Shown: positions 40,514 through 54,735 of the stretch, piece after piece
How the letters are laid out: each line of letters starts with the position of its first letter
Numbering within the stretch: position 1 is the stretch's first letter
From: Octopus vulgaris
Taxonomy: Eukaryota
Assembly (NCBI GenBank): GCA_951406725.2
Contig: OX597839.1
Coordinates: 17,794,001 to 17,858,000 of the forward strand
Reading direction: 5' to 3'
Length of the DNA: 64,000 nucleotides
Notes under the pieces: generated by a model
Databases searched by the model: none
Told to the model about the DNA's origin: nothing
The model's input: only the letters and a program-made list of their open reading frames with translations
Translations under genes and position numbers: made by a program

Positions 40514-41747
40514 CCCTCACCATCAGAACATCACCCTTCTGCTAGAATTATATTTTTAACTCTCCTCTTGTACCTTCAACTAACTTTTTTAACCACATAA
40601 TAAATATTATATTCCCCTTACCGCATGTCATGGATGCTTCTCTCTTCCTCATTTTCTTTCTCCTCCTTCTTTCTCTTTATGTCTCACTTTTCACCATATC
40701 TCCTTTTTCTCTCTCCGTTTACTTTCTCCTCTCTTTCCCTTCAACTAATCATGTGTAAGCATTACAATTACGTTCCCTTCTACTGCACGTCATTGAAGCT
40801 TCTTGCTCCCTCTTTTCTTTCATTTTCTTTAATCACATGAAAATGTTACTGATGGGCTAAGTAATGCAATGACAAGCAGAATTATTACAAGATCGTTAGC
40901 TTCCATGTATTTATGAATAGAGATATGCTTGCTATCTCATAGGATATATGTGAACTTAACTGAATTTTTTTAGAGGAAGGTTCAATGAACAAATGATTAA
41001 AATATGAGGCTTGTTATTCTCTAAAAAAAATATGAAGAACCAGTGTATGTAAATATGTATTTAAATATACATGTATATATATGTGTGTGTGTGTAGGTAG
41101 ATAGATATACATATATATATATACACATTCATATATGTGTATGGTCATGCACAGTACTTGCACTTACATGCATATATTTCCATACACAGACATAAAGATA
41201 TTGATATATATTTATATATATATATATTGATATACATAAACAAGTATAAGTATATACACACATACATGCATACATACATACACGCATATTCAGATATGCA
41301 CATGACTGGTTATGGATACATACACATTTTTATATAGTCTCACTGTATGGAACCTTGGACAAGTGATTTCTTTTATAGCTCCTGGCCAACCAACGCTTTG
41401 TGAGTGAATTTGGTTGACAGAAAGTGAAAGAAGTCCATTGTGTATGTGTGTGTTTGTATATTGTGTACATGTGTGAGTGTGTGTGTATGTTTGTATTTCC
41501 TTGTCTTTACAGTGTGTGTTTGTTGTAAAAAGATTGTCAGTCACACAAGCAGTGTCATTCTTTTTCAATAACCTGTGAAAACATGTCTGGTCATGTTGAA
41601 ATATTAACTTGCCTGGAAACAGATGAGGTTGGTGACAAGAATGGCATTGAAGTGTAGAAAATCTGCCTCATCAAATTGCCTCCGATTTTTGCACCATTCG
41701 TCACCTCATTTGAGTTATTTTACACTCACGCTACTTTCCAGCCAGTT

Positions 41748-42153
41748 ACTCTTTACTCTTTTACGTGTTTCAGTCATTTGACTGCGACCATGCTGGTGCA
41801 CCGCCTTTAGTCGAGCAAATCGACCCTGGGACTTATTCTTTGTAAGCCCAGTACTTATTCTATCGGTCTCTTTTGCTGAACCACTAAGTGACGGGGATGT
41901 AAACACACCAGCATCAGTTGTCAAGCAATGGTAGGGGGACAAACACAGACACACAAACATACACACAAATACATATATATATACATATATACGACAGGCT
42001 TCTTTCAGTTTCCGTCTACCAAATCTACTAACAAGGCATTGGTCAGCCCGAGGCTATAGCAGAAGACACTTGCCCAAGATGCCACACAGTGGGACTGAAC
42101 CCGGAACCATGTGGTTGGTAAACAAGCTACTTACCACACAGCCACTCCTGCGC
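41748..42153 (-). mobile_element. Young SINE-A
   Basis: Near-identical to 39173-39579. Confidence 0.93.
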
Positions 42154-45079
42154 AAAAAGTTCTTGACATTTTGATAATAAGTTCCATCTAATCAATTCCA
42201 CTCATGTGACAGATTCGGATTACTTCATGAAAACACTTGACCAAATTTAGTGGAATCAAATTTAGGGCTTCATTATTGCAAAACAAATTTCTTAACCATT
42301 TTAGTATACATAGATATACACATGTGTATGTGTATGAGAACTATGCTAAAGGTACACGTATTTATGGAGTACTCAGCCACTGACTGAGTCCAAGTTAGTA
42401 CTGTTTTTGATGTTTAGCCCCTGGTTAGCCTTGATCAAGCAGACCTATGATCAACCCATCTTTCTCCATATCTAGGCCTACAGTGTCTAATGTGTTCATT
42501 TTATTAAAGACGTAGGCTATATGTGATTTGGAAGAGGTTTAACTGCCATTTCTAACAAATTGACAAATTGAGCAGCCATGTGTTGGCTCTTTGATTCCTG
42601 CTATAAATTGTTTGTATAGCAGCTGCTCTATTTTGTTAGGCAAGGAAAATAGAAAAATATTCCTTTTTATATATATATATATATATATCTATACACGTAC
42701 ATACACACATACCTTTATACAAACACACACCTATATGTGTGTCTGTGTGTGTGTATATATATACACACATATATAGATGTGTATATATATGTGTGTGTGT
42801 GTGTTGTTCTTTGTAATTCTGTTCTTGGTGAAGGTTTTTTAATTTTTTTTTAAAGGAAATTGCTTTTTGTATGTTGAAATATAATAGTGAGATTTTTATC
42901 TGGTAGTGTTTTAGAATTATAAATTGACTGTTTTATTATCTCAATAATTCTGTAGTTATTGACTTATTAAGTTTAAAATTATTCTTTTTTTTTTTTCGAT
43001 TGAAAAAATAAAATACTTTGAACCAAATCTACATATATATACACACACACACACATACATACATATAAGTATGTATATGTAGTAGATAGGTAGGGAGGGA
43101 GGAAGAAAGTTATTGGAAAACTATGGACTTTTATAAATATATATATATATACAAGAAATAAATTACTTGTTTGTCTGATGTCCTAAGTGGTTCGGCAGAG
43201 AAGATAATACAACATAAAGTAAAAATCACTGATTGTTCTTAGCATTTTGTCATAGTGTTTTAAAATTCTAAAAGTTTAGATTTGTAAAAGGAGAGAAAAA
43301 TGTTTGATGCACTTAACATATTAAGTCTTAATTTTAATATATATCATTAAGTTTTTTATTATTATTGCATGTAATAAAATGAAATAAGTAGTAGAAATAT
43401 ATCCAGATGATGTAGACATTTATTTTATTTTAATTTGCATTTGGTGAATCGTTGCATCATTAATAACAGGTTTTCCGATGGATCAGTCATTAATTTATGG
43501 TATTTCTGATGCAAATACATTCAAGGGATTCTCCATTTGAGATTTAGTTCTTGGGCTGAGCACGCATACATATGGTATGTACATGCTCCAACACATTTCT
43601 CACATGCACTCAAATGCACACACACACACACACACACACATACTTAACACATCACACATGCATACATATGCACATACACACACACAAGCATACACACTCA
43701 CACATAAATAGTAATGAAGTATATACACCTGTGTACTAGCATGACATGCACACCTGCTTTGTAAGTGCAATTTTATCCACAAACCCCAAGAGCTGTCTTG
43801 TTTTAAACAAAAGAGCCTTGCCACTTCGTGACTGACTAAAAATTTGTAAAGAAAATAGCTTAAATTCCCGAGAAAAAAATATACATACGTTCATACATAC
43901 AAAAGTTTAGCATTTAAGTACACATGTACATGTCTAGACATCTAACTGTATGTATGAGTATACATGCATAAAACAAAACAGACCTGTGCAAGCACTGACT
44001 CTAAATACTTGCATATACACATTCATATATACACAACCACCATGCGGATGAAATTACAATGAAGGATCTTTGGATCTAGGTTAGAAACCAGCTCTTTCTT
44101 CATCAGCAAGAAATTTTGAAATAAAATTATATTATAATGTATTTATATAGATACATCCATACTACAAGACATCTGAAACAAAGCATGGCTGAGCCTGGGT
44201 TCTTGGAGGGAGACTGCAACTTCTTCATCCATGTGCTATAAACAATCATGATATCATCATCATCACCATCCTTTAACGTCCGCTTTCCATGCTACCATGG
44301 ATTGGACGATTTGACTGAGGATTGGCGAACCAGATGGCTGTGCCAAGCTCCAATCTGATCTGGCAAAGTTTCTACAGCTGGATGTCCTTCCTAACGCCAA
44401 CCACTCCAAGAGTGTAGTGGGTGCTTTTACGTGCCACCAGCACGAAGGCCAGTCAGGCGGTACTGGCAACAGCCACACTTGAAATGGTGTTTTTATGTGC
44501 CACCTGCACAGGAGTCAGTCGAGTGGCACTGGCAACGACCTCGCTCAAATGTTTTGTTCACATGACAGTAAGGCGACGCTGGTAACGATCACTCTGAAAT
44601 GGTGCTTTTTACATGCCCACCGGCATGGAACAATAAAAATTTGCCAGACCCTCTTAAGATTTAAAGGAAAGTGAACAAAACAAGATGCTTTCCTTGACAA
44701 ATATGCTACCAAATAGGTAGCCAGTCAAAATTTATTCTAAATTAAATAAAGTAAAAGAAAGGGAAAAAGAACATACATACACATGTACACACTCATACAT
44801 GTATCACAAAAAATGGAAGAACACACCTAATCAGATGATAACAACTAGAAGCCATCAAAGGTACTGTCAGAATATGTAAACCTTTCCAGAAGTTTAGCAT
44901 GTAATAAGTGCATGTACACATGTGTATACATGCAAATATATATTTGTATACATGAAGATCCTCACACATAGTGACATCCATACCTGTATCAATGCAGGCA
45001 TGTAAACATATGTATGTACAAGCCAGTGTCCTAAAACACATGAATGCATGCATACATACTAATGTATATGAATGTGCAC

Positions 45080-45288
45080 TAGTACACCGGGTGAAATGTG
45101 TAGCCATATTTCGTCTGTCGATACGTTCCGAGTTCAGATTCTGCCAAGGTCGACTTTGCCTTTCATCCTTTCGGGGTCGATTAATTAAGTACCAGTTATG
45201 CACTGGGGTCGATGTAATCCACTTAATCCCTTTGTCTGTCCTTGTTTGTCCCCTCTGTGTTTAACCGCTTGTGGGTAGTAAAGAAATA
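45080..45288 (+). mobile_element. SINE-B (LINE-like tail subtype), 5'-truncated, 15-bp TSD
   Basis: TATATGAATGTGCAC at 45065-45079 and 45289-45303. Confidence 0.88.
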
Positions 45289-45393
45289 TATATGAATGTG
45301 CACACACACACACATATATAATACACTTTCTCCATAGGTGAGAAATTCAAAAGGTAAATCTAGGAAAACATACATGTTTTTTTCATACTCCCC

Positions 45394-45453
<60 letters not shown>

Positions 45454-45678
45454 TTTGAGAAGAGAAGCTAGAAATGTGCACACATCACAGTATTTGACTG
45501 GTATAACAAAACACCTTTGCTTTTAATCGTATGTGACTCTAGCAATGGTTGTGGTAGAATCACATCCAAAAGGCACGGTCTTCAAAGATGCAATTGTATT
45601 AATATTGATTTTATAAAATAATGGTTAGCCTGTTTCTTTCTACTAAGTTAAAACCTTTGGCCTATCATTAAAATGTAT

Positions 45679-46090
45679 ACTCTTTTACTCTTTTACTTGT
45701 TTCAGTCATTTGACTGTGGCCATGCTGGAGCACCACCTTTTAGTCGAGCAAATCGACCCAAGGACTTATTCTTTGTAAGCCTAGTACTTATTCTATCGGA
45801 TCTCTTTTGCCGAACCGCTAGGTTATGGGGACGTAAACACACCAGCATCGGTTGTCAAGTGATGTTGGGGGGACAAACACACACAAACATATGCACATAC
45901 ACATACATATATGTATATACATATATACGACAGGCTTCTTTCAGTTTCCGTCTACCAAATCCACTCACAAGGCTTTGGTTGGCCCGAGACTCTAGTAGAA
46001 GACACTTGCCCAAGGTGCCACGCAGTGGGACTGAACCTGGAACCATATGGTTGGTAAGCAAGCTACTTACCACAGAGCCACTCCTATGCC
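45679..46090 (-). mobile_element. Young SINE-A
   Basis: Same consensus as 39173-39579. Confidence 0.92.
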
Positions 46091-46365
46091 TATCTTCATT
46101 TTTTATAAGTATTTCCATCATCATTGCTCTGATGAACTTCCTGGTTTAATACCTTCCCTCATGACCTTTAAACATGTTACCTGCTTCTCTTCCAAGGCAC
46201 ATCATTTCCTTGTTGAGCTTCCTGTTACTCTAAGTCCTTTCCTCAAACTGCTGGTCTCTTGAACTCACTACCAGCATCTTGTTTTCCTCTGACCTTTGAT
46301 ATTCAGCTCTTTAAACTTTCTGACAAGCAACATCTTTTGAATTTGTGGGCCCCTTTTTTTACCTT
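46091..46365 (+). mobile_element. CR1/Jockey-group LINE 3' remnant
   Basis: IFIFYKYFHHHCSDELPGLIP followed by NSLPASCFPLTFDIQLFK-like text; homologous to the minus-strand remnant at 46560-47200. Confidence 0.7.
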
Positions 46366-46559
46366 CTTTATAGTCCCATATGCTACTGAAGCTTGAATCA
46401 CTAGCATTTGGGACGATATTTTATATAAAAACTTTTTATTATTTAGTTGGTATTTGGAATATAAACTGTACCTAAAACTCAAAACAACTTTTTCTGGAAT
46501 ATGATTTTATACCAAACAAGGCTTGAGACAACTATAGCATAAAGGATTACACAGAAAGG

Positions 46560-47200
46560 AGAAAAGGGGCCTACAGATTCAAAAGATGTTGATTGACAGA
46601 AAGTTTAAAGCACTAAATATCATAGACCAGAGGAAAACAAAAGGATGGTAGTGAGTTCCTGAGAGTATCAGTTCAAGGAAAGAAGCTGTTAGAATAAAAG
46701 AACTTAGGGTAAGAGGAAGCTCAGTAGAGAAACAATGTGTCTGAGAAGAGAAGCATGTGATTCATGTGAAGGTGTGGAGGCACATGGCCTAGTGGTTAGA
46801 GCAGCGGACTCACAGTCGAGGGATCGCGGGTTCGAATCTCAGACTGGGCGATGTGTGTGTTTATGAGCGAAACACCTAAGCTCCATGCGGATCCGGCAGA
46901 AGGTAATGGTGAAACTGCTGCTGATTCTTTTGCCACAACTTTCTCTCACTCTTTCCTCCTGCATCTTGCAGCTCACCTGCGACGGACCGGCGTCCCGTCC
47001 AGGTGGGGAACCTATATGCCAAGAAACCGGGAAACCAGCCCTTGTGAGCCAGGTATGGCTCGAGAAGGAACAAACAAAAACAATAAACACGCGAAGGTCT
47101 TGACAGAAGGTACTAGACTGAGCAATAACCATGGAAACACTTATACAAAAGGCACAGAGAAGATACATTTTGACAGGGAGCCAAAGACTGTAACTTAGCA
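46560..47200 (-). mobile_element. CR1/Jockey-group LINE 3' remnant interrupted by SINE-D
   Basis: Minus strand LQSLAPCQNVSSLCLLYKCFHGYCS ... NSFFP*TDTLRNSLPSFCFPLVYDI*CFKLSVNQHL. Confidence 0.7.
46774..47087 (+). mobile_element. SINE-D copy 2
   Basis: Homologous to 17746-18062; TSD CATGTGAAGGT (46763-46773) vs CACGCGAAGGT (47088-47098), differing by two CpG transitions. Confidence 0.9.
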
Positions 47201-47496
47201 GAAAGAAGAGGACCCATCATGTCAATAACTCAATTCTGAATTCATTCATGCAAGTTTTATTGAATTTTGCTAAATTCCTTCAAATACTTGATTATTTTCT
47301 AAATTAATTGAAACACATGGACAGTCTATTTGATTAGGATTAGGGTAGCAAATAGGTTTTAAACTGGTCTTTAAGGGGAATCAATACAAGAAGGATTTCT
47401 CAAATTATTATTTTATTTTTGATAATTTGAAAAGTCGTTATTTTGTTTCTATTCTGATATTAATGAAAAGGAAATGGCCACATAAGTTACTACACT

Positions 47497-47680
47497 ATCT
47501 TTTGCTGATATCCAAAAGATACTGGTAAAATATCCTTTTGCTGTCCAGAAAGTACTAAAATATCCTTTTACTGATATCAAAATGATAGTAAAATATCCAC
47601 TGGCTGATATCTAAAAGATAGTAAAACATATTTTCACTGCTATTGAAAAGTTACAAAAATATCCTTTCTTTTGATACCCG
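47497..47680. repeat. Degenerate minisatellite, about 30-35 bp x 5-6
   Basis: Units like TATCCTTTTGCTGATATCCAAAAGATAGTAAAA. Confidence 0.8.
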
Positions 47681-48304
47681 ACTATTAATGAAACCTCATT
47701 TCATCGATATCCAAATATCTATCCAATATCTTCTTTTTTCGTTGTTGATAAATTTGTATGAAAATAGATTCATTTTACAATATATTATTGATTTATCTTC
47801 TTGATTATGACCAATATCTGTTTTTGTAGAAGTGGTGGGGGTTTGTTGATTATAAATTTGGATTGAAACATGGACAGCCATGGATTGGTAGAATTGGTTG
47901 AATAAAAGACAAAATGCCTTGCAATAGGGGAATCCTCCCTGTTATGGAAACATTATGCTACATGGAAGTCAGAGGGAAAATATGTTTCATATTACAGAGG
48001 CACAGGCATGGATGTGTGATTGAGTAACTTGTTTCCTAACCATGTGGGCTTGGGCAAGTGTCTTCTACTATAGCCTTGTGAAGGGATTGATAGACAGAAG
48101 CTGAAAGAAGTCCTATAGGTGTGTGTGTGTGTGTGTGTGCATGCGTGCGTGCATGCATGTGTGTGTGTGTGTGTGTGTGTGTACCTTTGTCCTGACATTA
48201 TGTGATGGTTGTAAACAAGCATCACTGTCATACAAGCAATGTCATTTGTTTCCAGTCATAGAAAAACATGGTCTTGGTCACTGTCAAGCATTAATTTGCT
48301 TGGA

Positions 48305-48412
48305 AACAGGTGAGGGTTGGCAACAGATGAGGGTTGGCAACAGGTGAGGGTTGGCAACAGGTGAGGGTTGGCAACAGGTGAGGGTTGGCAACAGGTGAGG
48401 GTTGGCAACAGG
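48305..48412. repeat. 17-bp minisatellite (AACAGGTGAGGGTTGGC) x 6 plus partial, inside a SINE tail
   Basis: Six units with one substitution; single unit in other copies of this SINE (e.g. near 31203). Confidence 0.95.
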
Positions 48413-48496
48413 AAAGTCATCCAGCTGCAAAAAGATCTGCCTCAACAATTCCATCTGACTCATGCAATCATGGAAAAGTGGAAGTTATATGATACT

Positions 48497-48729
48497 TATT
48501 TCTTTATTGCCCACAAGGAGCTAAACATAGAGGGGACAAACAAGGACAGACAAAGGGAATAAGTCGATTACATCAACCCCAGTGTGTGACTGGTACTTAA
48601 TTAATCGACCCCGAAAGGATGAAAGGCAAAGTCGACCTCGGCAGAATTTGAACTCAGAACGTAACAGCAGACAAAATACCGCTAAGTATTTCGCCCGGCA
48701 TGCTAACATTTCTGCCAGCTCGCTGCCTT
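48497..48729 (-). mobile_element. Full-length SINE-B (LINE-like tail subtype), 13-bp TSD
   Basis: GTTATATGATACT (48484-48496) and GTTAAATGATACT (48730-48742). Confidence 0.9.
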
Positions 48730-49796
48730 GTTAAATGATACTGATGAGGATAATTCTATGTTAAAGCAAAATCTTCAGGAATACAACACTTCCATGATGT
48801 GAAGGTGCTTATATTACATTCTGGGGAGATGTATTTTTCATTTCATCCTTCTAGGGGTGGCAGGGGCACTAAAATAAGCACCAGTCAAGAGCTGAGATCA
48901 ATTTAGTCAATCACACCCTTCCTCGGGGGTTAAGATACCATGAAGGGAACCTCTTGAATCAACATGGTGGAGGCCTCTTGAGTCAATAAGGAAGCCTATC
49001 TTTGTTCCTTTGATTTACTATAAACAGCAACCCAATCTCTCTCAAATCAAATCCTACTGTCTTAAAAGAATGACAGAAAGACACATTAAATACTAGAGAC
49101 ATTGACAAGCTATGATTGAATAAACGACAGGATAGCCATTGCCTAAGTGAGGAAAAGAAATTATTGAATTGGAAGATTCATTTAGAGCATTGGATAAAAT
49201 ATATTGCTTATACTTTTGACCCCGTTTATGTTGTGAGCTCAAATTCTGCCCAGGACAGTTTTGTTTTCATCCTTCCAGGGTCAATTATTTAAAGTACCAG
49301 ACAAATATTAGGGGTTCTATATAATCATCTATTCTCTCCCCATTCAAAAATCTAGTCTTTTATCTGCATAAAGAAAGTTGTTTTTTCAATAAATGTGCAG
49401 GGTGACAATTAGTTTGGCATGTAATTGTTCAGGGACTGTGTATTGCAGATTTAGAGGTTAACATTTTAGCATTCAGATCTCTTTGTCAGATGTATTGCTT
49501 ATTTATTCATATTGTTTTGAATTAATAACATGTAATTTTGTAGCTTTAAGATATCAATGGCATGTTTTGTATATTTTTAGAATGACATTGTTGGGTAGGT
49601 GCAAGAGTTTGGATCTGGGTAATTTTAACATAAAACAGGTAGCATATTTGGGCCAGATATGGGTGGATTAAATGCTAAAAGATTAATGTTCAACTGTTAT
49701 CACATGTGAGATGGATCAAGATATCAGCTAAGATTAACATCATCATCATAATCGACACCTGGACATTACTGTCTCAAGTTCTAGGATTTATAAGGC

Positions 49797-50218
49797 TTGC
49801 ACCTGGTTGGCACTTGTGCCCGTGCTAGTAGGGTGCCAAGAGTACCATCCGAGTGTGATCATTGCCAGAGCAGCCTACTGGCTTCCATGCCAGTGACACG
49901 TAAAAGGGCACCATTCGAGCGTGATCGTTACCAACATCACCTTACTGGCACCTGTGCTGGTGGCATGTGTAAAAGGATTCAAGCGAGGTTGTTGCCAGTA
50001 CCGCCTGACTGGCCCCCATGCCAGTGGCATGTAAAAAGCACCCACTACACTCTTGGAGTAGTTGGCGTTAGGAAGGGCATCCAGCTGTAGAAACTCTGCC
50101 AAATCAAGGTTGGAGACTGGTGCAACCATCTAGTTCACCAGCCCTCAGTCAAAATCATCCAACCCATGCTAGCATGGAAAGCGGACGTTAAACGATGATG
50201 ATGATGATGATGATGATA
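49797..50218 (+). mobile_element. SINE-C with (GAT)n tail
   Basis: Internal repeats, GGCGTTAGGAAGGGCATCCAGCTGTAGAAA, CCATGCTAGCATGG palindrome, GGACGTTAAAC(GAT)n. Confidence 0.88.
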
Positions 50219-51769
50219 AGTGATCCAGATTTCAACATTTCTCCTAAACAAGATTCCAGTCCCTCACAGGGTTATTCATTTACAGTTGAATGAACTGAAG
50301 CAATGTGAAATGATGTGTCTTGCTCAAGAACTCAATATTCTGCCCAGTCCAGAAATCAAAACCAAGATCTTGTGATCATAAATGCAACATCCTAACCACT
50401 GGACCACAAGAGTATCAAGAAGATCAATTTAATTAATTACAATCAAAACTTGTAGTCTTACGACTATACTAGAAATCAATATTTCATATTTTTGCTTTAA
50501 AGAAATCTACAACAAAATCAATAAGTCCTCTCCTCTCCTTTCTCCTTTAGAAGCTTTTAAAATTTAGTTCAGAGAATTGGGTTTGGTGGTGGTTGCGGAG
50601 TGGGGTCTAAGACTGGTCACTGGAAGAAATTTGATCCAATACTGATCCAATATTTTTCTCTTTCAGTCAACTTACAGTCAGTATTTCCCAATATAATATT
50701 GATAATTTTCACTGTTTGTTGTTGCTGTTGTTATCATTACTGTTCCTGCTGCTGCTATTGTTGGTATTGTTTGACCCATATATCAACCCTTATTGAATGG
50801 ACTTATGGTCAACAATACAGGTGACAAACTGGCAGAATCATTAGCATATAACATGAAATGTCTAGCAGTATTTTTTCTGGCCACTCACATTCTGAGTTCA
50901 AATCCTGCCATGGTCAACTTTGCCTTTCATCCCTTCACAATCGAAAAATTAGCTAAGTGAAGTAGTGAGTTTAATATAACTGATCTGTCCTTTTCCATCA
51001 AAGGTGCTGGTATTGAATGCTACAACACTGGTGCCCTGCCCAGGAGAGTGTTTCAATTTCAGTCACTTACATGCCATGAAAACTGGGTAACTTGCCTTAT
51101 GAGTCCTAGGGTTAAAAAAATTTTTTTAGATGGTCAACATTAGCATCCCAGCTTGACCATCTTGTCTTTTCCTATGTGCAGGAAACCTAAAATCATATTC
51201 TCCAATGTTACCTTCTATTTTTTGTTTGTTTTTTCAGTCATGGTTGGGTTAATTTTAAGGAAGATTTGGCTGTTATTTCATGCAGATCGAGTGATTACAT
51301 AGAGGTTTCTTGATTGGCTGAGCCATACTCTTTCAATATAATAAGGTTTTTAACACAAGCACAAGACAATAAATTTGGAGAGAGTAGTTAATTATTCTGA
51401 CCTTATTACTTAACTGGTATCATAGTTTATCAACCCCAAAAGGATTGAAAGACTAGGTTGACCTTGGAAAGATTTGAACTCAGAATATAAAGACCTGAAA
51501 CAAATATTGCTGAGCATTTTCCCTATGCTGTAACAATTCTGGCGGCTGTTTTGAGTTCAAGTTCTTATATGGAAAAAGTTTGTTTTTCAAAACTTTCAAG
51601 TTGTTTCTGCTGATGTTTATCCCTTTAGCATTTAAACTGGCTATATCCAGCCCAAATATTATACTTGTTTTCTGGCCAGATCCAGCCTCTCACACCTATC
51701 CTACAATGTCATTCTAAAAGTATACATTCACATTATCAAAACGTCAAATTTATGAGATAAATATATATG

Positions 51770-51823
<54 letters not shown>

Positions 51824-53656
51824 TCTATGTATGTGTGTGTGTGTATGTTTGTGTGTCTGTGTTTGTCCCCCCAACATCGCTTGACAACAGATGCTGGTGC
51901 GTTCATGTCCCCGTAACTTAGCAGTTCGGCAAAAGAGACCTATAGAATAAGTACAAGGCTTACAAAGAATAAGTCCTGGGGTCGATTTGCTCGACTAAAG
52001 GCAGTGATCCAGCATGGCTGCAGTCAAATGACTGAAACAAGTAAAAGAGTAAAAGAGTATAACTTTAAAAAGTGGCCATCTCTATCTTTTCAAATCCAGC
52101 AGCATTTTGCATAGAATTCTTAGTCCTCCAAAGTCATCTTGATATATAAGTCAACATGCCTTTTTGGGGCTGTAAGTTTCAGTCCAAATAATTCAACTTG
52201 TATGCCAGCAAATGATAGAAATAAATTGGTTCAAATAAGAGTTTGAACTCAAAACATTGTCTTAACTAACAAGTCAAAATGAAACTCAACCATCCAATCA
52301 GATTCACCCAATCTGTAAATCTGTAAACTACTCCACTGTCTAGAGCTCCTCCACTGCTCCTATTTCCCAATATAAAATATTTAAATTATCTACAAACCTC
52401 CAATATAAAATTTTAATCTCATTGCTACAGTGCATACAATCAAAAGATTTTGACTTTTTCATCTTTTATGTTGGAAATTTGAGATTTTTCCAATATCTAA
52501 GAATAGGAATTATTTTACAGATGTAGAAACAATACCCAATAGCATTTCTTGGTGTTTTCAACAAAGAAATGAAATCTAATTTATCATCATTAGCTTTTAA
52601 TATTATTCTTTTTCATTCATATTATTTTGTATGTGCGTATGTGCCTGTCTATATATATATATGAATGTGTGTGTGTCTCTCTTTCTCCATCTCTTCCTCT
52701 CTCTCTCTCTTTGTCTCTCTCTCTCTTTGTCTCTCTCTCTCTCTCCATATACACACACATACACACTCTTATATATATGTATTTATCATGTGTGTGTGTT
52801 AATTTCTTTCATCATGCTAATCAAAAGTTCAGTCTGATATTCTTTAGTCTGGTCGAGTTTAGTTTAGTTTTATCTGTATTATACCAATACCCTCTCTATC
52901 TACCTATCTAACTATCTCTCCCCCACTTCTCTCTCACTCCAATTATCTCATTCAGTATTAGAAAAAACAAAAAAAAAACAGATTATTTTTCCTTTTAACA
53001 TTACTTGATTTGAAGTTGTACGTGTTAAAACAAAATTATCAGCATTAGCTGTATACATATTTCACTAAACATTATCTTTATCATGTCAAACAGCGAAAAA
53101 TAGTTCTTTGACAAAATGTCCACTGATTTTTTTCTTTTTTTTTTTATATTATTCTTATACAACAACAGAAATAGAAACAAACTGGCTATCTAACAACTGA
53201 GGCATACATGTTAATATGTCTGTGTGTGTGTGTGTGTGTGATATATATCACGCATGCGTGCACACACACACACACATATGAGTGTATATGTATATCTGTA
53301 TATATCTCACACACGTGCACATATATACATCATCATTTTAATGTCCACTTTTTCATGCTTGCATAAGTTGGACACAGTTTATTAAAGCAGGATTTCTACA
53401 GCCCGTTGCCTTTTTTTTTCTTGCCACTCCTTGCTTATTTCCAAATAAGGTATCTATTCCTTCATAGCTGGACTTGCTCTTGCAGAATATTGGAAATGAA
53501 GGACATTGTATGACAGTGACATTCATTTCCAACAATCTCATGATGTCAAGTCAAAGAGACACTCACTCACACGCACATATATATGTGATGAGATTCTTGT
53601 TGTCTCTATCAAGTTTTGATCAGCCAGGGGATATAGTAGAAGGTACTTGACCATGG

Positions 53657-53858
53657 GACCAAAAGGTGGCAAGCTGGTATTTCGTCTGCCGTTACGTTCT
53701 GAGTTCAAATTCCACCGAGGTCAACTTTGCCTTTCATCCTTTCGGGGTCAATTAAATAAGTACCAGTTATGCACTGGGGTCAATATAATCGACTTAATCC
53801 GTTTGTCTGTCCTTGTTTGTCCCCTCTGTGTTTAGCCCCTTGTGGGTAGTAAAGAAAT
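53657..53858 (+). mobile_element. SINE-B (LINE-like tail subtype), internally deleted head, 16-bp TSD
   Basis: AGGTACTTGACCATGG at 53641-53656 and 53859-53874. Confidence 0.88.
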
Positions 53859-54735
53859 AGGTACTTGACCATGGTGCTATGCACTGGGTTTGAACCTGAA
53901 ACCATGTGGAACCAAACTTCTTAACTGCATTAGGCATGGCTGTATCATATACTGTATTTTTTTGGTCAACTATTGTGGTCAATTAAGACCAACCTAGCAC
54001 TTTGTTCATTTGTCTATCCTCATGTAGGATCTGAAGTCAAATGCCCAATGGTGGCCACATACTGGAAACACGATGAAATGCCCTGCTGTGTTAGTTGTAG
54101 CCTTCATTGGCACACACTTCCATTTGGCTGAATTGTCTTACATTTTCCTAGGCATACAGATGGATGAGTAGATAGAAATATAAGCATTTTACAAATGAAA
54201 GAAAAGAGCACTCAGCACATTGTGGCAGTTAAATATTTGTATTAACAGTTCCACTGTAATCTTCATTATTAAAAGTTTCACAGATGCAAATGAAACAAGG
54301 CTGGTTGTTTTGATGTTTAAAACAAGCAAAGGAGGCAACTCCTATGGTTATCAGCTAATCTAAATTGAAGAGGAATAAAGACAATGTAATGAGGACCAGG
54401 TCTTGTCTTTAAAGACAATGCACGAAAGCAACAGACATGTTTCAGTTTTGTTTAGTCTCATCAATGGGACCAAATCTTGATATTATTGAAGTTGTTTGTT
54501 GTTGTTTTTTACATTTTAAGCCTTTGACATTCAAACCAGCAATATCCAGCTTAAGTATCCTACTTATTTTATGTCCAAACTATCCAGATCTGACCTTTCA
54601 TACCTACTCAACAATTTCGTTCCAAAAATAAACCATAACATGATCGAAATCTTGAAGGTATGAAATAATACATGATCAATAGAAAACAATGTGAATAAAT
54701 AAGCATTACATTTGACAGTAACCTAAATTCTAAAA

